From assembly GCA_009914755.4 (NCBI GenBank), contig CP086569.2:18752001-18816000 (forward strand): a stretch of DNA of 64,000 nucleotides, in the 5' to 3' direction. This DNA is from the human T2T-CHM13v2.0 reference genome, Homo sapiens. The notes beneath the pieces are model-generated. The model saw nothing but the letters and a program-made list of their open reading frames with translations, ran no database searches and was not told the origin of the DNA. Shown piece by piece: positions 40,276 through 64,000 of the stretch (positions within the stretch are counted from its first letter, which is position 1; each line of letters begins with the position of its first letter). A program made the position numbers and the translations under genes.

Positions 40276-42757
40276 ATTAATTTTGAATGTTTTAGTCTAC
40301 AAATGTCTTAAGAGAAAAAGAAGAACAATCAGGAAAAAATATTTTCACTTTTTAAATCTATTGAAAGTTGGTTGCACAGAGGGACAAAGAGCCTGCATAA
40401 TATTTGGGGAATATAATAATGACTATTCACCTCTGTCGGGACCTCCATAAGCAGAAGCAGCAATCGGCAAATGAGTCCTCCTGAGATTTGGAGGACAGGG
40501 TCCTTTTTGTTTGCCATGGCTCTTGTAAGCTGCTCCAGAAATATTTGCAAGGCAGCATCCCACAGTGGTGGTTATTAAAGAATAAGTAGCTGCTGTTGAT
40601 CTGTGCTACAAAATTGATAAAATTTAATTTTTATTTACTTTACAAATCTTTTTTTGGAAGCTGTAAACCTTCAGGTAGACTCGGAATTCTATAGTAATTG
40701 CATCATAGTAATCCTGCCACTGCACCCATTGTATAGTTGAAGGGACAGATATACAGTGATCCCTTGTACATTGCAGAACTTTCCCAGAATCTAGTATTAT
40801 TTTACTTCGACCTATTTGTCTTTGCACCTGAAGTATGCCTTGCATAGAAGTCACAAAAGTGACTCCTTCGTTTAAGGGTACACTTGCAACAATGTGTGCC
40901 TTTTTAAGCAAGAGCTCACATTTACAGTTCTTACAAGTAAAATATTACATACTCTGACATGGACTTACATGTTTTCCATATGCGCTTTCTCTTGCTTGAT
41001 CCTCAATTTCTTTTTTGCTCATTTAAAAAATCTGGATAATTTTTAAAAACTGCTGTTGTATTTTTCATATTACAATTTGATGTACTTGGGATTTCAATTA
41101 TTATTGAAAACTTAAAATAGCCTACTATGAAGAATACTAACTTGTGTGAATAATTTAATGTTTAAGGTCAGCAGTATAAAAATATGCTGCTCTTGTAGTT
41201 TTCCATCCTTCTCAATTTATATTACTTTCTCTGATTTTATCTGTGCACACAGTATTTTTTGTACTCAGCAACTTAAATGTTTGTGACCAATTCCTGGCAT
41301 TTCCGACCGAGAGTGACTTCTGAGTTAGGCAAAGGAGAAATAAATGTTTATTTTATCAAATTTTCATATATCCTCTAGAAAGACTGGGAAAAAAAAACAC
41401 AATAATTTAGCACATAAGGGTTTCTTTGCTTTTATGAGAAGCAGGAATCAGGTCCTCATTTTGACAATGGGGATTTCAATTCTGTAGGCTTCATCTGTGC
41501 CTAGGAGGTGATATGAAAATCCTTAAAGAAAAAAAAACTTCACCATTTTATAATTGTCTTTCTGGATTAAATGTTTACTTGGTTTATATAAACTATTGAT
41601 TTTCAGGGTCCAGACTGTTTTTGATGGTTTGAAACTTTTTTTTTTTTTTTTGGAATGGTTTGAAACTGCCATCCCTGCCGTTTTACTTTTATTTTTATCT
41701 GCGAAGCACTGAGTGTTTTCTAATTTCAGAGTTTATTGTTATTTATGAGGTTTATGTTTTGTCTCTTGTTTAAAACACTTAAAGTGAATGTTACATTTCC
41801 AATTTGCAATCCCCGGTGTTAGGTTTTTGTTTTAGTGGTCATTTTATAAAGTTTTTGTTTTTTTATTAAGTGAAATTATCAATTTTGTATAAAATGTATG
41901 AGGTAAGATTCTCTGTTATAAAGTACATTTTGGTTTTTGTAAAACAAACATACAATAAGTGGCTTACAAAGTGACTTTCAAATAATTGTCTAAAGAAAAT
42001 AATAAGAAAATAATGTAAGCATGCAGCAAGATCAATAAGTACAATGATTCCTGGTGGAAGGCTGTATAAATTGTTTTTAAAAAGCCAGCTCCCTGTGGCT
42101 GCAGCAGGCTGTAGAAGGGGGAAAATTATAGAGGATGAGCTCATAGAGGTAACAGACAGTCCATGTGATTTTCTAGGGTTTTTATAGGTCTTCAGATTTT
42201 ACTTTAGACTTCACCCTAACCCTGGTTTGTGACTCAAAGTAGAATTGGTAAGGTTGTTACTAGCATCTATTGCTGAGAGGTTAGAAATGCTGCTAAATAT
42301 CCTAAAATCTTGAGTCTCAGGCACCTTTGAGAAGTTAACAGTGTTGAAATATCTCTCGAGAAAATTATTTTTAAAAGCTCACATTTAGAACTCTTTGATG
42401 TTATATTTTGAAGATTTCTTAACTCCAAGTTTGGTTTCCGTATAGCAGAAGGATTTGAAAAAGTGTACATAAGTTCCATTGATTCAACTTAGGGTAAACA
42501 TTAGTAAAGTAAGGTCAGTTCAGTTAATCAATGATTAGAAACTAAATGATATATTTCTTATTTCTCTGCTTTTCCTTCCAATTGCTTTTTCAATATTTTT
42601 GTAAAACATGAGTGTGAAAAAATAAAACCCTAGTCAGCCTCTGTTTTGGAGGTACCAAGGGAGAAATCTCAATGAATGGTATTTGGGATGGAGCTAATCT
42701 TTCATACAGTTGAAAGGCATAAATAATACACGTGCATACAGGTGCATTGGCACACTA

Positions 42758-42855
42758 TATTATGGATACACATTGTGCGTTCAGAAAGCACAATGTGTAT
42801 CCATAATACAGTCATGAATGATCCTAGTCATAATATAGTCATGAATGATCCTGGG
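42758..42855. repeat. Perfect 21-bp inverted repeat (stem 42758-42778 / 42788-42808, 9-nt loop gttcagaaa) followed by a 26-bp direct tandem duplication (42803-42828 / 42829-42855)
   Basis: tattatggatacacattgtgc ...gttcagaaa... gcacaatgtgtatccataata, then cataatacagtcatgaatgatcctag and cataatatagtcatgaatgatcctgg. Confidence 0.8.
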
Positions 42856-43949
42856 ATATTACAATAAGCAAGTCAAATGGAAACAAAGTTTGCAAGGATT
42901 ATAGCTGGGGTTATAGGATTTTCAATTTTGCTAAAGTTGTTTAGTAGAACCAATATTCAAGTATCTCCTACTTTTAAAAAAATTATTTGATAGAAGTTTG
43001 CATAGTGGACAGCTTTGATCAGAATTATTAGTTCTTTGCCAACGTAATAAAAGTATGCATTCACAAAAAATGCATATTAGACAATAAGAGAAAATAAAAA
43101 TCAATGAATGAGGAAACTGATGTAATAGGAACAATTTCTGAAAATGTTAAGATAAATCCAAAAGGAGGTGAATTTCTACAGTGGAAAATCTTTCTCATTT
43201 CAATCAAAAATTTGTTTCAGAACATTAGCAAGTAGCAGCAACATGGTAATTATCCAGATTTACACCGTTTCCTTAGTTCCTACTTAGCGCCTGAGATGTA
43301 GGCTCTGTTGCTGATGCTAGGGCCTTCTCCATGAGGCAGAACTCCTACCCATATAGGGCTTGCTTTTTCTCCAAGGTTAATAAAATGCCATTGAACACCT
43401 AAAAGGAAACGGCAAGTTTATTTTTTTTTTTGCTTAATATACTAAGGGAGAGCTCTGCTGTTTAGACACATTCTTGGAACAATGCAGAGATTGTGAAATT
43501 GAGGCATTAACAGACATTAAGTTGTGCACAGAAGCTGGCATTATTTGTAGAAACAAAGTTGTTCAGCTAAAATTTGTAGTGAAAGAGGAATATTTATTGA
43601 AATCTGTGACTGACCTGATTTTTCAAAGTGCTGGCACTGTTTTATTATTATTAGTGTTACTATCACTATTATTACCTGTAACAGCTTTTTCACTAAGGAA
43701 GTTAAGCTTTATAGATCACTTAAATTTAAACCTGAATTTGATGGGTACATTTTACAATGATTGCAGAACCACTATTTACTAAATATTTCTGAAAGTCTAA
43801 ATTGTCATTCTCTAAGAAGACATAATACACCTTTGTTTTTAAAGAAATGAAGAGTATTTACTAATTGGTAACCGTTTGTTAAATAATTACTCTGATATAT
43901 GTTCAAGAGCCTTGTAAGTAAGTAAATAGGAAAATAAGTACTTTAAAGG

Positions 43950-43971
43950 TTTTTTTTTTTTTTTTTTTTTT
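43950..43971. repeat. poly(T)22 homopolymer
   Basis: Visible directly. Other T/A runs occur at 4476-4490, 41633-41652 and 61858-61880. Confidence 0.9.
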
Positions 43972-44170
43972 AACATAGATGCATATGGACCACTGAAGCA
44001 CATACGCACATGTGTATTGTGTATATATGTCAGGATTTTTTTTATGGAATTAGTTTATGGCATCACCATCAAACAAGCTGACTTATTAAAAGAAGGTTTA
44101 TAGTTTTAATATTTATTCAAATAATGTTTTTTGATTGTATCCTAGGGATAGTGATCAGCTCAAAACCTGA

Positions 44171-55342
<11,172 letters not shown>

Positions 55343-55671
55343 GCTTTTTGAAAATACTTACAAACTCTTTTATTTTCCATCCCTTTATATATTTTTATAT
55401 ATGCATGTATATGTGTGAGTGTGTGTGTGTGCCTGTGTATATGTATATATAAATATTTAGGGGAGGTTATAAGTACTTACGTACATGATCACAATAGGCT
55501 GCCTGCAAGCTGAGGAACAAGGAGAGCAAGTCTGAGTCCCAAACCTGGAAGAACTTGGAGTCCACTGTCTGAGAGAAAAAGTATCCAGTATAGAAGAAAG
55601 ATGTATGCTTTGGAAGCTAGTCCCATCTCGCTTTTTGACATGTTTCTGTCTGCTTGATGTTCGCTAGAAGC

Positions 55672-55800
55672 TCATGAGATTGTGCCCATCAGATTAATGT
55701 AGATCTTCCCATTGACTCAAATGTTAATTTTTGGGGGGGGGGAACCACCCAAGAAACTCATCCACGATTAATACTCTGTATCCCTCAATCCAATGAATGA
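55672..55800. repeat. ~130-150-bp direct repeat, copy a (copy b at 60002-60160); possible LTR remnants flanking the ERV-L-like fragment
   Basis: gattgtgcccatcagattaatg...attaatactctgtatccctcaatccaatgaatgagacactcagtgttaaccatcacaag parallels aattgtgcccaccagattaagg...ctaatactctgtatctctcaatccagttaaattgatactcagtgttagccatcacag. Confidence 0.4.
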
Positions 55801-56375
55801 GACACTCAGTGTTAACCATCACAAGTCCACCCCTTGTTAACTCGAATCAAATCACATCTCCTGCTATAATACATAATCTTCAAATGCAGACAGAAATGAG
55901 GTAATAATTACACCTAACATAATACAATTATCCTCTTACAGCCAGGAATGCAGCAATCCCCAATCCAAACACTATTTCATAAAGTTTACAATACACAAAT
56001 GTTGATAAGAACTCAATAAATCTTACGTAGCATGATAAAGGAAAATAAAAAAAATATTTTCTTAGTACATGTGTATACATGCACAAACTTTTTTTTTAAC
56101 AAAAGAAGGAGGAAATACTTAAGACAATTAACGTCCTCATTTCTGCAGCTGGTCACTTGTTTATAGCGGATATGGATGACTAACTTCTTCTAACACCCAT
56201 TCTGCCTTCCTTTTGTCTTCCTCAAGCACCTCAGCAGGTTGCGGTTTTTATTGTTTTGTTGTTGTTGTTCCTTTTGTTGTTGTTACCCTGGTGAGTGACC
56301 CAAACCTTAATACCTGAAGGGTCTGATCCAACTGTAGCCCGGTCAGAATTGGGCTGTTGTAGTTTTCCACTGACC

Positions 56376-56711
56376 TTAATCGCACGTCATGGTAATTCTG
56401 GAACACATCTTAATGCATCTTCTGTATTTTATGCCACACTCTTTCTTCCCTCCATTGTGGAGGAGTAGGCTGATTTCATCTTGATAGTTCAGGTCAATCA
56501 ACCCAGTCAACACTGTAACTGCCTTTTTACAATGCTGACGTAAAGGTAGGAGGAGGCCCAAGTGTCCAGGTGACAATCTTGACTTCCAGTTTAATGGAAT
56601 CATTATTGTTTCATCTGGTGGCAGCGCTTTTCCTCGGGGAGCTAAGACCTCTAGGCCAGCAGAACATAATATCATAAGAAACAGGAAACAGAAATGTTGC
56701 TGGTGAAACAC
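56376..56711 (-). pseudogene. Retroviral dUTPase-like domain remnant
   Basis: Motifs LxxGxLGLLLPxxxxxxKxVTVLxGxIDxxYxxEIxLLLHNxGK match conserved dUTPase motifs. Confidence 0.5.
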
Positions 56712-58379
56712 CAGGAGCGATAGTGAGTGGTGAAATTTCTACTTCTATTGCTTGATTCCTGGACCAGCGAATTTTGGCTACAGAAGTAACAATGCCATAT
56801 ATTGGATGCTGATTCAGAGAACATATGGTCTTCTGGAGAACTTTGCCACAGCCCTGCAAAGTATTGTCACATAGTTGGCATTGCAATTGTAACTTCAAAA
56901 GGCCACTTCACAATCTTATTAATTTAGTTGCTTCAAGATAATGAGAAACATGGTAAGACCAGCAGATTTAATGAGCAGGAGCCCACTGCCACATTTCTTT
57001 AGCTGTAAAGTTAGTGCACTGGTCAGAGGAAATGTTGTGTGGAATACTGTAATGGTGAATATGGCATTTTGTGAGTTCATGAATGGTAGTCTTATCAGAA
57101 GCATTGCATGAAGAATGGGGAAACCCATATCCACAGTAAGTGGCTATTCCAGTGAGGACAAACCTCTGCCATTTCCTTGATGAAAGAGTTCCAATATAAT
57201 TAATCTGTCACCAGGTAGCTGGCTGATCACCCCAAGAAACTGGGCCATACTGAGGGCTCAGTTTTGGTCTCTGCTGCTGGCAAATTGGGCACTCAGCAGT
57301 GGCCATAGCCAGGTCAGGCTTTGTGAGTGGAAGTCCATGTTGCTGAGCACATGTGTAACCTCAGTTTCTGCCACCATGGCCACTTTGTTCATGGACCCAT
57401 CGGGCAATGACAGGGGTGGCTGGGGAAAGAGGCAGAGTGGTGTCCCTGGAACCAGTGTTTTTATCCACTTGATTATTAAACTCTTTATCTACTAAGGCTG
57501 CTCGTTGGTTAGAACTCACATGGAATACAAATATTTTGACAGCTTTTGACCACTCACAAAGGTCCGTCCACATACCTCTTCCTCAAATATCTTTCTCACC
57601 AATATTCTGATCATGCATCTACCAAGTGCCTGACACCCAGACAAACCATTGGCTATGGACCATGAATCATTATATAGTCAGAAATCTGGCCATTTGGGTA
57701 TTGACATAGGCTGAAGGAGAGAAGATGGGGTGGCTGCAGTGGAGATCGTGAGCATTTGAACCACTTTCTCATGTAACTTAGTTGTGCCTTAGGACCTGCT
57801 TAAGCCTGGCCACGTGTATACCACATCCATTTCATGATGAAATGCTGCTGCGCACAACCCACTTTAAGACTCGATGGGTCAGAAAGCACCAAGTTCATGA
57901 TAGACAGTGTACTTCACATGGTGACTTGATGACCAACATTGAAATGTTCCACCAAAGCCCAGCAATGGGCCAGGAGCTGTCTCTCCAAAGAATACTAGTT
58001 ATCTGCAGAAAATGGCAGGGCCTTGCTTCAAAATCCTAGAGGTGTATGGTCTGATTCACCTGTGGGAGCACTGCAAAGTATTGTCACATCGTTGGCATTG
58101 TAATTGTAACTTCAAAAAGCCACCTAACCGTTCTATTTATCCAGCTCCTTCAGGATAATGGGAAACAGGGTAAGACAAGTAGATTTAATGAGCAGGACAC
58201 TGCTGCCACAGTTATTTAGCTCCAAACAACATCCCTATCTGCCACTGAAATTTCAAGCACCATTGAATCTCCTGGTTCACATGGCCCAAAGAGTAGAGGG
58301 GTTTGCAACGCAGCCTGAAGTAGTTGCAGAGTCTTTTCCTGTTTTGGATGCCCCTGAAAGCTGGCAGCCCTTTGGATCA

Positions 58380-59045
58380 CTAATAAGTGGGCCAGTGGGA
58401 CATATTCAAATAAAAAATGTGCTGCTTCAAAAATCCAACTAGGCCTAGTAGGTATTGTGCCTCTTTCTTGGTTATAAGAGGGGCCTCACGCAACATCTTG
58501 TTCTTCACCCTGGAAAGGATATTTTGACAGGCTTCCCAAGACTGGACCTCTAGGAACATTACGGAGGTAGAAGGTCTCTGAATTTTAGTCACATTTATTT
58601 CACATCCTCTGGTACATAAATGTCTCACCAATAATTCAAATGTGCTTGCTACTTCTTGCTCACTCATCAAATCAGCCTAATTTCATCAATGAGATGGATG
58701 AAATCATCGTGATACTTTACAGAAGTGAAGAGCAATCAAGGTCTCTCTGAGTAAGATTATGACAGGAAGCCAGAGAGTTAATATACCCCTGAGCAAGGTT
58801 AATAAATGTGTATTGCTGGCCTTGCCAGCTGAAGGCAAATTGCCTCTGGTGGTCCTTATAGACAGGAATAAAGAAAAGGGCACTGGCCAAGTGAATGGCT
58901 GTATACCATGTGACAGGAGATGTATTAATTTGCTCAAAAAATAAACCATATCTAGAATATCAGCTGCATGTTGATTCACAACTGTATTAAGTTGCAATAC
59001 TCCAATGTGATTATCCAAGGTCCACCTGTCTTTTGCACAGGCCAA
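58380..59045 (-). pseudogene. Retroviral RT (3' part) / tether remnant
   Basis: ...ITKKEAQYLLGLVGFLKQHIF parallels the retroviral PxTxKxxxxFLGxxGYxRxxI motif. The upstream ORF contains a frameshifted catalytic-box region. Confidence 0.45.
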
Positions 59046-60380
59046 ATGGGAGAGTTGAATTAGAATGTGCTGGTAATTACCAATCCAGCATCTTTGAAAT
59101 TTTTGATGGTGGCACCCATCTTCACAATCTTCTCAGGGTTTTGATATCATTTCTTATTTACTATTTTTCTAGGTAGGGGCAGCTCTTGTGGCTTCCATTT
59201 AACCTTTTCTATTGTTGTAGCCCTCACCTTGGAGGTCATGGAAATGTGGGATTCTGCCAGCTGCTAAGTATATCTATGCCAGTTATGCAATTTAGCACTG
59301 GGAAAATGACCACAGGATGACTCCAGGGACTCACTGGGCACTCTGTAAATCTGACCTAATAAGCTAAAGCACTATTAATTACCTGACCTCCCTGAGCTCC
59401 TACTTTAACTGCAGGACCACAGTAACATTTTGGGTCCCCTGGAACCCACATCAGCACAGAGCTAGTGGCCAGTAGTTTCTCCAAAGTCTGACTATTTCCC
59501 TTTCCCTAGTACACAATTACTTTGGTAAAGCCTGGAGGTCTTCTTGGGGAAAGATTGTGTAAAGATTCACTGCATAAATAGTCAGTTGTGTTGTGGGTTT
59601 CTTGGTCAAGGGAACCCAGCCTCCTCTTCATTCGATGGATTCTCGGTCTTTAAACTGTCTCTAGCCTGGTAATTGATGGAGGGGCCGTACTTCTCTGTTT
59701 TCATCATTCCGAATAGTGATTTGTCCTTTTGACGCAACGATTTCTGTATGTATAACATAAGTATGAATGCAGTAAGCTTTCCATCAATTTCACTTGCACG
59801 AACACCGTGACTAATTAACCAATGGCAAGGCTCTACAGGAGTCACATTATTTGACTGCCACTATCCCTTCGCTGTGCCCACATTACCTTTGATGGTTGAG
59901 TGGTGCCACTTGACCCCTATCACACTGGGATCCAACTATTCTCATCATATTTAAATTTTGTCGTTGCATGACTGTGGTTTCCATAGAAGAGCAATTACAG
60001 GGCAATTGTGCCCACCAGATTAAGGGTGGAACTACCTTCTCCAGCCCACTGTCCCTAGTGTTAATCTCTTTTAGGCAACACTCACACAGACACATACCAA
60101 ACTAATACTCTGTATCTCTCAATCCAGTTAAATTGATACTCAGTGTTAGCCATCACAGGCTCTTGGCGATAAATTTGCTGGTCCCCACTAAGGCTCCACC
60201 TTCAAGCCGGTTACAGCCTGAGGTCCAGGTTCCAGGCTGATGGACAAGAATGGGAACCACTGTTGCTTTTTTCTGAAACGCATGCATTGTTGCCAAATAA
60301 TCCAATCAGCAAGCACTTTCTTTCCTTTGAAGCAAATAATATTCCTGGACTCAGCCACATTTGAGGACTATTCAAACTAC

Positions 60381-60850
60381 CAGCCGTGGAGAGGAGCTAC
60401 CTACCCAAGGGCCATCTCTCTCCTGCAAGCTTAGGAGATGTCAGGACTATCAGCAGTGGGCTGGAGCTACCCACCACAGTCTCTGCTGAAAGCTGGGGAG
60501 ATAATGGGATGACCAGCTAGAGTGAGGAGCTACCCACTCGAGGGTCTTCTCTTTGCTGAAGTCTTAGCCAATCTTGGAACCACCAGGTGTGAAGTAGACC
60601 TACCCACTCCAGGGTCTTCACTCTGTGGAGAGCTTAACATCTCATAATATGACCAGCTGGATGGAGAAGCTACCAAGTCCAGGGTTTCTTTCCTGCTGAG
60701 AGCTGGACACTAAGCCTTGACAACTTGCCTGTAGAGATAAGCCGCCCGCTCTAAAGCCGTCTCTCCGCTGAGAGCTGGACCCTCATCAGAACATCCAGCC
60801 TGTGGAGAAGAGCTACCCAATCAGGATCTCTTTTGAGTTCTGTCCCTCAG
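60381..60850. repeat. Minisatellite-like tandem array of about seven diverged 63-76-bp units (consensus ccagc.gtgga.aggagctaccca..cagggtctt..ctctgctgagagct...)
   Basis: Units begin at 60381, 60451, 60514, 60583, 60654, 60730 and 60796. A related 3-unit array lies at 12060-12230 (ctacctaac...ctgctgttagggagag). Confidence 0.75.
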
Positions 60851-62079
60851 TAAATCTTGTCTATAAAGGTCTCACTCTCCACGTGTCCATCTACCTCATT
60901 CTTCCTGGATAAAGAACTATTATTTGAGAATCACTGAATGGTGGTGCTGAAAGAACTGTAACACAAACAGGGAAAAACATGTCTCTTGCTCATCACATTG
61001 TGAAAGACAAAAATAAGAGGACAGCTAGGCTATCTCAAAACCAGGGCTGTGACACCCTCTTTAGGGCTTTGCTGTTTCTGGCATCCTGAAACTTCTGGGC
61101 ACCACTACATTCCCCAGTATCAGCTGTGGAAGCTGCTTGCAGTATGCCTGGTCCAGCTGCTGCATCTCAGTGAGATGGCACTTCTGTTGGTACCTAAAAT
61201 TTCCTGCTTTGCAACAGCTGGCAGGCCTGGCCGTCTATAGCGGCTGGACCCCACACTTGCTCAAACACCATTGCCACTCTACCTCACGTTTGCCCTTGGC
61301 AGCTGTTAAATCCTGGCCCATAATGCAAGCTGAGTGCAGCCTGTCAGGCAGAGTGGGTAGAGCTAGCTTAGCAGGCCTGAGAAAACACAGGCAAAGGCAC
61401 CACTGGCCACAGAGGTTTTCAATTGGTAAGGTGACTCTCCCAAAATCCCATGACAAAAGGAGCATAGCTAGTTGCGTTTAAATGCCTTTCTTCTATTGGA
61501 TCTTGAAATACTTAAAATTCAGTCTCCTACAATTTGGAATGTTTAAACCTTATTTGAAAATCATTATATTTCAAAATCTTTTGGAAATTAAAGTTGAAAG
61601 ACTGGTATTTCCACTGAAACACCCTATCCCTCTTACTTGCACAGACATCTAGTCTCTGAGAATATACTTCTGTAATTCATGGCATTGGGCTTCAGGTTAG
61701 CACTCTTCCACTGTGTTATAAAGCTTTCTAATGAAACAGAATTTCTGATTTTGACATTTTGTACTCATAAAATTTCTTTATGTGCGGAGCTTTTGCTGTG
61801 CATTGCAGGATGATGAGCAGCATTTCGGGCCCCTTCCATTAAGTGCAATTGTAAACGCCTTTTTTTTTTTTTTTTTTTTCCCCATGGAAGAAATGCCCAA
61901 ATATGTTTGTGTCTTGTGGAAGCAAAATTGATGGCTATCTTTATCGTATAAGTTAATACCCATGAAAAAACTGATGGTAGTGAGCTAGTGCAGTCATAGG
62001 AATGTTTTTACATTGTTCTTTGGAATGTCTATCAGTACAGACAATGTGGAAAAGTGTGTGGTGATTCACACTTTTAGTC

Positions 62080-62400
62080 TTTCAGAATGCCAATCCCACT
62101 GGATTCAGCAATTTCATTACTGGGTGTATAGTACCTGCAAAATTAGTCATTCTATTACAAGGACGCATGCTTGTGTATGTGTATTACAGCACTATTCACA
62201 AATTCAAAGTCATGGAATTAACCCAAATGCCTATGAGTGACAGACTGGATAAAGAAAGTGGGAAAACAACACCTTCAGGACAAATAGCTAATTTATGCAG
62301 AGATAAATACCTAGGTGATGGGGTAATGGGTTCAGTGAACAACCATGGCACACGTTTACCTGTGAAATAAATCTGCATGTCCTGCATACATATCATGAAA
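62080..62400 (+). mobile_element. Ancient L1 ORF2 C-terminal fragment
   Basis: The translation ...IQQFHYWVYSTCKISHSITRTHACVCVLQHYSQIQSHGINPNAYE...SDRLDKESGKTTP parallels L1 ...[11 protein letters not shown]...[34 protein letters not shown]. It is highly diverged. Confidence 0.5.
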
Positions 62401-62596
62401 CTTAATATAAATTTAAATTAAATTAAATTTAAATTAAAAGGCTTTCATTTTTGTAGCAGTTATAGTAACTTTGGAATGTGTGCCACACCTTATTTAAGAG
62501 ATTTTATAAAATAACTATAAATCAGAGTTTTGACAAACTGCACCAAAAAGTAAATAAGTAGTATATTTCAATTCTCAGTTGATTGAATTTCTTTTC

Positions 62597-62865
62597 TTTC
62601 ATTTTGAGGATGGAATCTTACACAGTGTCTTCAGCTGGAGTGCAGTGGTGCAATCTTGACATGCTGCAACCCCTGCTTCCCAGCTTCAAGGGATTAAGCT
62701 GCCTCAGCTATTTGATTAGCTGAGATTACACGTGTGCACCAACACAGCTGATGGGGTTTCACCATGTTGGCCAGGCTAGTTCCAAACTCCTGACGTCAAG
62801 TAATCTGCCTGCCTCATCATCTGAAAGTCCTGGGATTATAGGTGTGAGTCAGGATGTCTGGCCGT
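62597..62865 (-). mobile_element. Old Alu (AluJ-like, antisense)
   Basis: ttttgaggatggaatcttacacagtgtcttcagctggagtgcagtggtgcaatcttg...ggggtttcaccatgttggccaggctagt...cctgggattataggtgtgagtcaggatgtctggcc. Confidence 0.8.
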
Positions 62866-64000
62866 TGAATGAATTTCTAATTGAGAAACTTATCCATCTT
62901 GCAAAACTTTATTTTCTATATCATACTTTTATGAGTTTCTTCATATGTCTCATAAGTCAAGAAAAATAATATAATGTTAATGCATTCTCTTTTCATTGGA
63001 AATGAATGTATATCCATTTATATGTAATTAAAAGAGAAAGTCTATTTAGAATGTCATTTTTCTTTTGTGTAAAACTCTGGGGTTTTAGAAATTTCTTTAA
63101 AAATATAACTTTGGAAACTAATTACATTTCTTGACATAAATGGTTGTTTTTTAAGGATCTTTTTTGGTAAGAAAATTCAAAATTGTTTGAAGATACAATG
63201 AGTTGTTTAATTATATCAAATAAACATAAAGGTATTTTCTTTGAGAAAACAGGTTTTTCTTAATTTAGGTTTTCTACAAATAATATTATGATTACTTTCT
63301 CTTCCTAAAATTAATTTATGTTTTCATCTTCCCTGTATCAAGAGTTCACCTGCAATGTATAAGAAGTAAGAACTGCCAGCAGAACAGGCATTTCCAAGAT
63401 GTAGGTCACCCACTACCATGAATCCTAGCTTGAGCTACTTGTTGCGCCAGCTATTGACTGTGTAAAAAAATCTAAAAATGAGAGTAGGCTCTTTGACTGC
63501 AATATATGACACAGACAAAGCAATAACTAGTGAGTAGTTTAAATTATAAATCTGATTTTATTCATCAATATTCATTTACTTTGGTTTGAAATACTACTTT
63601 TTCATTTAGAAAAAGAAGTAACTCACTTTTTTTTTGTTTGTTTGTTTTTGGTCAACTAGCCCAACATTTTGTAGTCATCAGGTATGTAAGTAGAAGAACT
63701 TTAATGAGAGAATACAATTTTTTTGAAGACGATGCCTTTCTTTAATGGTTTCCTATAGCTGGTTTTGGTAACTTAACACATGAGTTGTTTTTATCATATG
63801 TGAAAAAATACGGAAATGTTACATTAACGAGGGGCCAAACTTAATGCTATAAAATGTTATATTTAAAATGTATGCACTGAAGTTGCTTAATGTTATTTTA
63901 ATTAAATTCTAAAAGAGGAATGGTTTTGAAAATCATGATATTAGAAGGAAACATTTGAGTGCACTTTATTACTTCTAAATGTCCAAATAAGATCCACAAA

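Larger units (their letters stand above)
56376..59850 (-). mobile_element. ERV-L-like (class III, spumavirus-related) endogenous retrovirus pol fragment running RT -> RNase H -> integrase -> C-terminal dUTPase on the minus strand; multiple frameshifts
   Basis: ORF fragments include an RT/RNase H tether at 58380-59045 (...APLITKKEAQYLLGLVGFLKQHIFYL) and the RNase H end plus integrase HHCC start at 57361-57573 (...EFNNQVDK...SPATPVIARWVHEQSGHGGR). A dUTPase-like segment is at 56376-56711 (IPLNWKSRLSPGHLGLLLPLRQHCKKAVTVLTGLIDLNYQDEISLLLHNGGKKE). dUTPase located 3' of integrase is the ERV-L arrangement. Confidence 0.55.

Noticed and set aside
60381-60850. Regularly spaced ~66-70-bp repeats that superficially resemble a CRISPR array
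   Set aside because: The units are contiguous with no unique spacers and the repeats are diverged rather than identical. The context is eukaryotic (flanked by ERV and Alu). It is a minisatellite.

Overview
This window is human (primate) genomic DNA, almost certainly from the Y chromosome. It is not prokaryotic, and it contains no CRISPR arrays, operons, tRNA genes or rRNA genes. The one convincing host gene is an intact, intronless 541-codon CDY-family ORF on the minus strand (32825-34450). It encodes an N-terminal chromodomain and a C-terminal crotonase-fold domain, and the length fits CDY2A/CDY2B. Directly upstream of it (36655-38540) sits a second, degenerate copy that is 3'-truncated and Alu-disrupted. 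The two form a direct tandem duplication of at least 3.2 kb that includes the 5' flank. The rest of the window is repeat-dominated. It holds at least 10 Alu copies, including a young AluY with an intact target-site duplication (TSD). There is an L1 with a twin-priming 5' inversion and a 15-bp TSD. An ~11 kb L1-L1 composite joins a 3'-truncated older L1 to a full-length younger one. Two ERV internal fragments are present: a HERV-K-like env-pol fragment and an ERV-L-like pol fragment with dUTPase downstream of integrase. A solo-LTR-like element is also present. Several diverged copies of an unnamed LTR-retroelement-like family occur, and two of them form a ~2.3 kb-arm inverted repeat centred on a ~225-bp (GAA)n tract. 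Microsatellites include an ~760-bp compound (TG)n/(TA)n. The window also has minisatellite-like 55-70-bp tandem arrays and a perfect 21-bp hairpin. All coordinates are approximate by eye (±10-30 bp for repeat boundaries). Family names for the ERV and LTR elements are inferred from protein motifs, not from a database search.
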